Shown piece after piece: positions 56,591 through 64,000 of a stretch of 64,000 nt of DNA. Position 1 is the first letter of the stretch, and each line of letters begins with the position of its first letter. Position numbers and translations under genes: made by a program. This DNA is from Candidatus Undinarchaeota archaeon (GTDB lineage Archaea > SpSt-1190 > JASMDC01), in contig CAZFHY010000019.1 in NCBI GenBank assembly GCA_964519305.1, positions 10,762 through 74,761 on the forward strand, read 5' to 3'. The notes under the pieces were generated by a model. It searched no databases. It was not told where the DNA came from and was given only the letters and a program-made list of their open reading frames with translations.

Positions 56591-57244
56591 ATGCGCATCA
56601 TCATGCTCGGCCCCCCCGGGGCAGGAAAAGGTACCTATGCCAAGCGGCTCGTCAAGAGGTTCGGCATCCCCCAGATATCCACGGGCGATATCCTCCGCGC
56701 TGCGGTTAAGGAGGGTTCGGAACTTGGGAAGAAGGCCAAGTCATTCATGGACTCGGGTTCTCTTGTCCCTGACGACCTCGTCATGGACATAATCCGTGAC
56801 AGGATATCTCAGGACGACTGCAGGCCAGGCTTCATCTTCGATGGCTTCCCCCGCACCATCCCTCAGGCTGAGTCGCTCAGTGTGCTCCTGAAGGAGCTGA
56901 ACATCGGGCTCGACGCAGTGGTCAATGTGGACCTTGCTGATGAGATCCTTGTCCGGAGGCTTACCAGCCGCAGGACATGCGCCAAGTGCGGTGAGATCTT
57001 CAACGTGCTATCCATGCCCCCCAAGGTCGAGGGAGTGTGTGACAAGTGCGATGGAGAGCTGATGCAGCGGGACGATGAGAAGGAGGATACTATCCGACAC
57101 CGACTCGAGGTGTATAAGGAGGAGACGTACCCTCTTATTGCCTTTTACAAGGATTCCGGATTGCTCAAGAGCATCGCACCTGAGGCTGACGGATCGGTCG
57201 AGGCCAACGTGGCCGCGATCCTTAAAGCACTCGGTATTGAGTGA
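56591..57244 (+). CDS. adk: Adenylate kinase (bacterial type, Zn-binding LID)
   Basis: GPPGAGKGT, 'ISTGDILR', 'DGFPRT', CAKC..CDKC; AGGTGA RBS. Confidence 0.96.
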   Translation: MRIIMLGPPGAGKGTYAKRLVKRFGIPQISTGDILRAAVKEGSELGKKAKSFMDSGSLVPDDLVMDIIRDRISQDDCRPGFIFDGFPRTIPQAESLSVLLKELNIGLDAVVNVDLADEILVRRLTSRRTCAKCGEIFNVLSMPPKVEGVCDKCDGELMQRDDEKEDTIRHRLEVYKEETYPLIAFYKDSGLLKSIAPEADGSVEANVAAILKALGIE

Positions 57245-57254
57245 ACAATGGGAG

Positions 57255-57297
57255 CCGCGTCCCCCGTTATGGGGGGCGCGGGACCGACATCTGTCGG
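57255..57297 (+). terminator. Tandem hairpins downstream of adk
   Basis: CCGCGTCCCC...GGGGGCGCGG, then CCGACA-tc-TGTCGG; no U tract. Confidence 0.4.
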
Positions 57298-57345
57298 ACG
57301 AATCTTTAAAAACGATCAGCGTTCCTTACTCATCCACCCCCCCCG

Positions 57346-59415
57346 GTGGTTTCAATGGAACGATTCAACGAGCTATACCTCCGTTTCAAGCCCGAGATAA
57401 CACTTGCGGCCGTTGTCCTTGTGTTCAGTACACTGCTATCCCTTTCCTTCCATATGGGCACGGATGTCGCTGCCCTGGAGACGGGAATGGTGGCGCATGC
57501 CCCCCCCGAAATACAGGAGCAGCCCCCTGCGGCCCCTGCCCCCGTGGTCCAGACACCGACCGATCCGGTCATCATCGAGCCGGCCCCGCCTACGGAGCAA
57601 CCGGTCGAGGAACTGACCGAACCTGTCGAGGATGCTGTGCCAGTAGATGAGGTCGCTGCGGCCACACCTGCCCCGGATATCGACACCGATGCCGAGGACG
57701 CCGACGTGCTCGTCACCGAGGCCGTGTACGGCACCATCGATGGTGACTCGATAACCGTCGACCGAAGTGATGGTAAGGTGCGTATCAGGAACGATGGTAC
57801 CCGTGACCGCATCTGGGACATCAATCTCTACATAGAGGACCAGGATAAGACGTCGTTCGAGGTAGATGTCATGCACGTACCCGAGCTCAAGCCCGGGGCG
57901 CAGGAGGAGCTTCCCTACGATGTGACCCTCGATAAGAGCCCAATCCTCGTAACGGAGACATACGACGCGGACGCCGACATGAAGGGCACACAGGCCTACA
58001 TGGTGTATGGTGACGATACGACCTTCGAGCTCACCATAACTCTCACGAATCCCCAGGAGTTCTCCCTGGAGGTCGACCTAACCAAGCCCGCTCCGGAGGG
58101 TATGACCTCGGTGCGGCTCGACGCCTCGTCTGGTGAAGCTCAATACGACGAAGAGACACACCTGTTCACATGGAAAGGATCACTTGAGCCCGCTGAGACC
58201 GTCGAGCTCATCCTGGCCGGGAAGGTCAGCGTTGACAATGAGGAAGTGTTCACCATGGAACCCGGCACACTGTCGGTCACGGCGGACGACCTTTTCTCCC
58301 ACATGAAGCTTGTCCGGAGCGAGGGGATGTCCTCCAACCGGTTCGCCATCGACAAGAGACAGGATGCCAAGAACTCCGACAAGTGGTACGTTACCGTATT
58401 CCTCAAGAACCTCTCCGAGTTCGACTGCCGAGTGAACCAGGTGGACATCCACGAGAACGGGATGGAGGCCGGTCTCCTCGAGCGGTTCATGCCTGACGAG
58501 CTCCTTGAGCCCGGGGCTACGTGGGAGGCGGACTTCGTCGTCCAGTCGGCGGATGTCCCTGCTCTCGGTCACAGGACCAGTATCACGATGCTCCCGGGCA
58601 TTGTTACGCGCCAGAAGGGCGAGTTCAAGTTCGGCGGGCTCGAGGTCGATGTAGCACGTGCTGCCATCAGCAAGGAGATCGATCGCGCTGTCCTCAAGCT
58701 CGGTGAAAAGGAGAAAGTAGGCGTTGTCATATTCGTTGAGAGCCTGGGGCCAGCACCCATCCACTCGATAACCGTGGAGGACGAGGTCCCCGCCGGGTTC
58801 GACATCCGTGATATCAAGGTGGAGTTCGAGGACCACACGATCCGCAAGGACATAACCTCGGACACGACACGAAAGAAGGGGGACGGTACGATAACCTTCA
58901 TCGTGGACGACATCGCCGATGCCTTCGGTAAGGACATGGAGCGTGGTGATTTCTTCGAGATCACTTACGAGCTAGTCTCTACGGAGGCCATCGAGGGTAC
59001 GTACGAGACCGATGTCTGGGGCCACGCGAACACTGATCCCGCCGGCACGCCCATCCCCCTGGAAGCGGTGGAGGACGTACCGCTCATGAAGGTCACCAAG
59101 GGCCTTCAGGGCATCTTCATGAGCAAGGACCTTGTCTCCACGCTGCGGGACGATGAGATCAAGTTCGTCATCTACATGAAGAACAAGGGTCACGTCCCGA
59201 TGGAGGATCTTGTCGTCCGGGACCTGTTCCCTGATGGATTCGATCTTGTCAGCTCTTCCGAGGAGTACGAGATAGTCCACACGACGGAGAAGGGAGTGGT
59301 CGCACAGTGGACCGTGGACCGGCTTGAGGTGGACGCTGAGCACGAGCTCACGTACGTCCTCCGAGGTTCGGGGGACTACAGTATCTCTGATGCTGTGGTC
59401 ATGATCGGGGGATAG
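57346..59415 (+). CDS. Membrane-anchored multi beta-sandwich protein (DUF11-like repeats)
   Basis: N-terminal TM, Pro/Glu linker, 'VEDEVPAGF' and 'VRDLFPDGF' Ig-like motifs. Confidence 0.75.
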   Translation: MVSMERFNELYLRFKPEITLAAVVLVFSTLLSLSFHMGTDVAALETGMVAHAPPEIQEQPPAAPAPVVQTPTDPVIIEPAPPTEQPVEELTEPVEDAVPVDEVAAATPAPDIDTDAEDADVLVTEAVYGTIDGDSITVDRSDGKVRIRNDGTRDRIWDINLYIEDQDKTSFEVDVMHVPELKPGAQEELPYDVTLDKSPILVTETYDADADMKGTQAYMVYGDDTTFELTITLTNPQEFSLEVDLTKPAPEGMTSVRLDASSGEAQYDEETHLFTWKGSLEPAETVELILAGKVSVDNEEVFTMEPGTLSVTADDLFSHMKLVRSEGMSSNRFAIDKRQDAKNSDKWYVTVFLKNLSEFDCRVNQVDIHENGMEAGLLERFMPDELLEPGATWEADFVVQSADVPALGHRTSITMLPGIVTRQKGEFKFGGLEVDVARAAISKEIDRAVLKLGEKEKVGVVIFVESLGPAPIHSITVEDEVPAGFDIRDIKVEFEDHTIRKDITSDTTRKKGDGTITFIVDDIADAFGKDMERGDFFEITYELVSTEAIEGTYETDVWGHANTDPAGTPIPLEAVEDVPLMKVTKGLQGIFMSKDLVSTLRDDEIKFVIYMKNKGHVPMEDLVVRDLFPDGFDLVSSSEEYEIVHTTEKGVVAQWTVDRLEVDAEHELTYVLRGSGDYSISDAVVMIGG

Positions 59416-59418
59416 GGC

Positions 59419-59730
59419 CTAGCCCTTTCCCCCCTTTCCCTTCTTCTTCTTCTTCTTCCCCCCTTTCTTCAGCAGCTCCTCTACCCGCTTCTTGGTACCT
59501 TCGTTAAGGGTAGCTGGCTTGATGAGCTCCTCAGCAGGCTTTACCTCGAAGGGTGACTTAGGTTTAGTACCGTACTTCTTGAGGAAGTCAGCGATGCTCA
59601 CGGTTATGTCCTGAGCGCATACCTCGCACAACTTCGCTATCCTGTTATCGTGAGCGATGATGCGCACCTGCTTCCGCTTCTTGCATACAGAGCAAATGCC
59701 TTCCTCGAATTGGAGGGATATCCCGGCCAT
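59419..59730 (-). CDS. Small zinc-ribbon protein with a Lys-rich tail
   Basis: CSVC...CEVC; C-terminal KKGGKKKKKKGKGGKG; GGTGA RBS. Confidence 0.7.
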   Translation of the reverse strand: MAGISLQFEEGICSVCKKRKQVRIIAHDNRIAKLCEVCAQDITVSIADFLKKYGTKPKSPFEVKPAEELIKPATLNEGTKKRVEELLKKGGKKKKKKGKGGKG

Positions 59731-59788
59731 AGTAACTCACCGCCTTCAGTGAAAAGCTTAAGTGTTTATCAGCCGGTCCCGTTCATCA

Positions 59789-60319
59789 ATGGGCGCAGGC
59801 TTTATCGAGGTGTCACTCAAGCCCAAGAGCGAGAGCCGGTTCTTCCAGGACTTCCGGTCACGTGTTAAGAACCTATTCTTCGTTGCGGGAAAGTACGACC
59901 TGTTCGTGGAGGTGAACATCCGGGACATGTCAGAGCTCCTCGACTTCCTTCATGAGGTCCAGCATCAGGAGTACGTGATACGTTCACGAGTGTCCTTGGT
60001 GCTCAAGGTGCTCAAGGATGAGGAACAGATCCTCCAGGACCTTTCCGAGGAGGAGAAGGACGGTCAGTTCAACGACTCGATCCACGCGTTCATCGGTATC
60101 CATTCAAAGGACGGTGGTGCGGCCGAGACCGTCAAGGACCTTCCCGGCATCAAGCGCTTATTCACCATCCGCGGCCATCATGAGATGCTCGCCTACCTCA
60201 AGTGCGCGAACATGTCGGACGTGCTGCATAACCTAATGGAGATACGTACCAAGCACGCGGTTCGCGATACGCAGACGTATTTCATACTTCGAGCAGAGCG
60301 GGCACCGCAATTCGTCTAG
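59789..60319 (+). CDS. Tandem Lrp/AsnC ligand-binding (RAM) domains, no HTH
   Basis: 'FFVAGKYDLFVEV' and 'FTIRGHHEMLAYL...VRDTQTYFIL'. Confidence 0.75.
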   Translation: MGAGFIEVSLKPKSESRFFQDFRSRVKNLFFVAGKYDLFVEVNIRDMSELLDFLHEVQHQEYVIRSRVSLVLKVLKDEEQILQDLSEEEKDGQFNDSIHAFIGIHSKDGGAAETVKDLPGIKRLFTIRGHHEMLAYLKCANMSDVLHNLMEIRTKHAVRDTQTYFILRAERAPQFV

Positions 60320-60328
60320 TCGGACCGC

Positions 60329-61684
60329 TCACCGGCGGTACATGACCGTGTATGTGAATTCTGCCTTGCCACGGTTTGGGACATGAACTGAGAACTCTAC
60401 TGATGTCGGCTTCTTATCGTAGGATGCGTCCGATGTGACCACGGACCAGTCGCCGCTGTGGTGCTCCACGACGCTCACTTCGACCTCAGTGTGCTTCTGG
60501 TTTGTGAACTTGATACGATAGCTCTCGCGGTAAGCAGTGTCGGTGAGGTTCATGTGCTCCAGAACAGTGCGCTCAACTCTGATATCGGGCTCGTTCCGCA
60601 CAAGGAACCGGATGGCTTCGTTTCGTGGTGTATGGATCAGGGCGTGTTCGTTCAGGTAATGGAGGGCTCCGTCATCTTTTGTGATGTATACGCGGGCCCT
60701 GCCCGCCGGGAGGGGATTTCCGAGCCCGGACTCCTCGGTGTTGGAGAACTCGACCATGGCGCCCACCTTTCCTGGACTGATGATGTGGTCGTAGAGGTAA
60801 CCAGTGGTCACCCGTACATCGTCGGCAGCGGCGAGCGCGACCTGGCGGGTCATAAGGGCAGGGAGAGTGACCGTCCGGGGGAGCTCATAGACATGGTACT
60901 CGGAAGCTGACTCAGTGGGTGCACCCTCGGTGTGGACGAGGTTGATACGGGCGCTCGTGAAGGCCGCACCGCATCGGTTATCGATGGACGCCCATGAGGC
61001 CAGGTCGAGGCTCGTGCCGTCATCACCCTCTTTCACTATGACCACATACTCGCCCTTCCAGGAAAGACCGGTCGTGCTGTAAGTGAGCTCGGTGAGATGC
61101 TCGCCCTCCTGACCGTTCCTCAGCCGGAGCACGAGCGCCGGGCTTGAGATAATGGCCCCTGCATTGGTAGAGAACGTCATGCGTCCAACATCATCCCGTG
61201 CAACCAGTGTAAGCTCGTCACCAGTTCCATCGAGCGCTAAGTAGTTGCCGTTCGCTGACACGAGACGCCCGGTAAGCTCCTCACCATTGGCGTAGACCGT
61301 GATATTCTTGCCTACCGAACGCTCCAGCAGTCCATCGGTAGTCGCTAGATCGTGACGGAAGGCCTGGTCCTGCACCATGAACGTCCCAGGGGCTGATATC
61401 GACGAGAAGTGGACGGATGTAGGGTCCATGAACGAGGAAACGTCGCGGAAACGGACCTCATTGATGTTCGCCTTGAGAGGGATCGTGCGCCGGTCGCGGA
61501 CGAGCGCGAGTCCGTCATCGTACAGGGTGAGAGCGATACCTGACTCCAGTTCACCGTTATCAGCAAGGTGGAGTGTCGCAGGGGGCGCGTCCAGGCCGTT
61601 CATAGGCCTGATCGGCAAGGTGACCATGACCAGGGCCGCAGTCGTGATGATGGCTAGAAGGATGGCCGTACGGCTCATTGCCAT
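60329..61684 (-). CDS. DUF4139 domain secreted protein
   Basis: 'LTLYDDGLALVRDRR', 'DPTSV', 'LTYSTTGLSW', 'YHVYEL', 'GLGNPLPAGRARVY', 'HTP'. Confidence 0.85.
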   Translation of the reverse strand: MAMSRTAILLAIITTAALVMVTLPIRPMNGLDAPPATLHLADNGELESGIALTLYDDGLALVRDRRTIPLKANINEVRFRDVSSFMDPTSVHFSSISAPGTFMVQDQAFRHDLATTDGLLERSVGKNITVYANGEELTGRLVSANGNYLALDGTGDELTLVARDDVGRMTFSTNAGAIISSPALVLRLRNGQEGEHLTELTYSTTGLSWKGEYVVIVKEGDDGTSLDLASWASIDNRCGAAFTSARINLVHTEGAPTESASEYHVYELPRTVTLPALMTRQVALAAADDVRVTTGYLYDHIISPGKVGAMVEFSNTEESGLGNPLPAGRARVYITKDDGALHYLNEHALIHTPRNEAIRFLVRNEPDIRVERTVLEHMNLTDTAYRESYRIKFTNQKHTEVEVSVVEHHSGDWSVVTSDASYDKKPTSVEFSVHVPNRGKAEFTYTVMYRR

Positions 61685-61753
61685 AGGGGGCCGTGAGGCC
61701 GGTAAACTTTAAGTGCGTTTAGGCATCCCGCTCACGACCACGGAGGGGGCGAG

Positions 61754-62122
61754 GTGAGGACCGTAATAAAGCAATTCCGGACGCGGACCGTGATTCGGGG
61801 GGTAATTCGGCCGTTCCTTCTCATCCTCATCATGTGTCTGATGTGCTTGTGCTTCGGCCCACGACGCCCTCCGCCGGGCGCCACGCCTTCCCCTACACCG
61901 GACCTTCCGCCGACCATTGTGGACGTGGATTCCCAGACGCCATCAGAGCCCCTGACCCATCGTGTTGACGTGCCTGTGGGCTATGAGCCAGAGGATCGTG
62001 CTGTCGTAGATTCCCGGTCACCCTCTGCAACAGGCGAGGGGGATGAGCTCGTGGAGGTCCCATCACCAATGGTCAACGCTTCCGAGCCTGCGCTCGTTGA
62101 ATCAAAACACAATGGCGTGTGA
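61754..62122 (+). CDS. Possible small exported Pro-rich protein
   Basis: Hydrophobic segment ending in a Cys cluster, Pro/Thr linker; fills an intergenic gap. Confidence 0.35.
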   Translation: MRTVIKQFRTRTVIRGVIRPFLLILIMCLMCLCFGPRRPPPGATPSPTPDLPPTIVDVDSQTPSEPLTHRVDVPVGYEPEDRAVVDSRSPSATGEGDELVEVPSPMVNASEPALVESKHNGV

Positions 62123-62133
62123 GCGTTACCCGC

Positions 62134-63405
62134 TCACGCCTTCTTCTTGGAACGCTTCTTGGACTTGCCGACGGTAGGTTCTTTTTCCTTATGGGATTCG
62201 TTCGCGTCCAAGAGGGCGGTTTGTGCAACGGCCTGGTCCCGCCACATGGTCAGGTCCCGTTTCTCACGAAGCGACTTGCCATAGATCTCTACGGCGTTCG
62301 CAAAGGCCCCTAGGATGATCGGACCGATGAAGAATCCGGTGATGCCGTACACGAAGGGTCCTGAGATCATCCCCAGTAGAAGGTAGAACGGGTGAAGGGT
62401 ATCGGTCTTCCTGGACACCCATGCGTACATCATCTGGCTGACGATCGTGAGGATGACGGCAAGGAGAAGGAGCTCGATTCCTGTGCGCCACTCGAAGGAA
62501 GCGAAGTTGAAGAGGGCGAGCACGAAGGGGACCAGGGATCCACCGATGATGGGGACTAGGGCAATTATGGTCGTCACCACGGCCAGAAGGAGGGGATCGC
62601 CGTAGCCGATGGCCACGTAACCGGGGAATGACACTACACCGATGAGGAACGAGAGCGAAAAGTGGGAGAAGATCACCCCACGTGCCATGCGGTCCGTCTC
62701 TCCGAGGAATTCCTGCACCATGCCGACCTTCTCAGAGGGGAACATGAGCACAATGCCGAGAATGGCGTTCTCCCCATCAAGGAGGAAGTAGTAGGTCAGG
62801 AACATTATCAGCAAGAGGGCGAAGAATAGACTGGAGAGCTCGGAGAGGGACCCGAGTATGTTCTGTGTAACGGCCTCCGAAGACACGGCCTCACTGATGT
62901 ACTCGCCGATCTTGATGGTAGTCACGTTGATACCTAGATTGGCCCCGGTCCGCATCTCGACGGTATCGATGAGCCCATTGGCCTTACCGAGAAGCTCCTC
63001 TTTGTTTCCCTCGTAGAATTCGGAACCGTGCTGGAAGATCTGGTTGAGGATGAAGATGGAGTAGACGAACATGATGAGCCCGGCCACGCTGATGAAGACG
63101 GCGATGAAGAAGATGGAGATGTCCCGCTTCCCGACCTTGCTTGAGAAGGCCTTCTCAAGAGGGTGGAATAGATAGGCCAGGAAGGCGGATGCCAGTACCA
63201 GATTGAAGAACGGGTAGACTGTGTAGAACGAGACGAGCCCGAGCACGATGCAAAGGGCGAGGAAGAAGGTGACGTTCCCTGACGCGCGCGCGACCTCCTT
63301 GTCCAGCGCCTCCCGCTGAAGCTGGGCGTCATCGTAGTTCTCGTGGATGGCCGAGGCGACCTCATCGCTGGTAGGGGATTCCACCGAGGAGGCTATGGTC
63401 TTCAA
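62134..63405 (-). CDS. AI-2E family (PerM-like) transporter
   Basis: 'LAYLFHPL', 'YYFLLDG', 'LVPIIG', 'LHP', 'GITGFFIGP'; start may be GTG 63384. Confidence 0.88.
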   Translation of the reverse strand: MKTIASSVESPTSDEVASAIHENYDDAQLQREALDKEVARASGNVTFFLALCIVLGLVSFYTVYPFFNLVLASAFLAYLFHPLEKAFSSKVGKRDISIFFIAVFISVAGLIMFVYSIFILNQIFQHGSEFYEGNKEELLGKANGLIDTVEMRTGANLGINVTTIKIGEYISEAVSSEAVTQNILGSLSELSSLFFALLLIMFLTYYFLLDGENAILGIVLMFPSEKVGMVQEFLGETDRMARGVIFSHFSLSFLIGVVSFPGYVAIGYGDPLLLAVVTTIIALVPIIGGSLVPFVLALFNFASFEWRTGIELLLLAVILTIVSQMMYAWVSRKTDTLHPFYLLLGMISGPFVYGITGFFIGPIILGAFANAVEIYGKSLREKRDLTMWRDQAVAQTALLDANESHKEKEPTVGKSKKRSKKKA

Positions 63406-63436
63406 GCTTTTTTAACCTGAGTGTGATTCTCGGGGG

Positions 63437-63469
63437 AAAAGGGAGAAGGCCGGAGCAATGCCCCGGCCT
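63437..63469 (-). terminator. Hairpin + pyrimidine tract after the Cys-rich gene
   Basis: Minus strand AGGCCGGGGC-ATT-GCTCCGGCCT-TCTCCCTTTT. Confidence 0.65.
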
Positions 63470-63482
63470 CCGTTCTTACTGC

Positions 63483-63998
63483 TCAGCCGTTGATGTTGGG
63501 CATACTGCTGTCTTTACAGAATCCGTCGCTCTCATCACATGTCTTTCCGTCGTCGCAACCACAGTCCTGGCAGCAGAAACCATTGGACTTCTCAAATTCG
63601 TCGCACTCCTGATCAGGGCACTTCTGCTCACCGCCATCGGGGGAGGTACCGCCATCTGACTTACAGACGCCGTTATCGCAGTGCTCTCCGTCGCCGCATA
63701 ACTGGTCGCAGTCAGGGCACATGCAATCTTCGTTGGAGTCGCATGTACCGTCGCCGCAGTATGGGTCATTCTGGATGGGCTGACACTTACCGTCGATGCA
63801 CTCATGGTCGCTGAGCTGACATCCACAGTCCTGGCAGCAGAAGTTGCTGGACGTCTTCTCGGAGTCGTCGCACTGGTCGTCGCCGCAGATCGGATCATTG
63901 TAGATGGGTTCGCACTTACCGTTTATGCACTCACGGTCGCTGAGTTGACATCCACAGTCCTCGCAGCAGTAGCTTTCCTGCTCCTTCTCGGGGAATTC
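63483..63998 (-). CDS. C-terminus of a Cys-rich repeat protein (start lies beyond the window)
   Basis: Frame open to the window edge: EFPEKEQESYCCEDCGCQLSDRECINGKCEP...CGDDQC...FCCQDCGC...CGDGTC... Confidence 0.85.
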   Translation of the reverse strand, partial: EFPEKEQESYCCEDCGCQLSDRECINGKCEPIYNDPICGDDQCDDSEKTSSNFCCQDCGCQLSDHECIDGKCQPIQNDPYCGDGTCDSNEDCMCPDCDQLCGDGEHCDNGVCKSDGGTSPDGGEQKCPDQECDEFEKSNGFCCQDCGCDDGKTCDESDGFCKDSSMPNING

Positions 63999-64000
63999 GC

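Noticed and set aside
63476-63898. 140-aa Ala/Thr/Ser-rich ORF in the track
   Set aside because: Alternative frame of the real Cys-rich gene

Overview
Gene-dense, GC-rich archaeal chromosomal segment. Archaeal markers include Pus10, ZPR1, an AN1-rhomboid, an intron-containing tRNA-Trp and BRE/TATA promoters with leaderless starts. The lineage cannot be fixed from this window. I saw no CRISPR array, integrase, transposase or rRNA. Main blocks: (i) an operon with two GbsR/MarR-type regulators, a MacB-type ABC ATPase, a COG1361 surface protein and three tandem permeases; (ii) a divergent Fur/PerR oxidative-stress and Fe-S island (Rbr, Dfx, IscU/IscS, DsrE | PerR, FprA, Grx, TrxB, ferritin, hemerythrin, rubredoxin, TusA) with an apparent deletion scar; (iii) a ~1950-aa secreted protein (CW_binding_2 anchor, helical-repeat stalk, Cys-rich tip), with a second Cys-rich relative running off the window end; (iv) housekeeping gatCAB, cysK, adk and pus10. 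The most unusual items are a wHTH regulator whose membrane domain also occurs as two stand-alone genes in the same operon, the giant stalked surface protein, and a 689-aa beta-sandwich protein with segments in register with adaptin mu-homology domains. All family calls are from motif recognition by eye; no database search was run.
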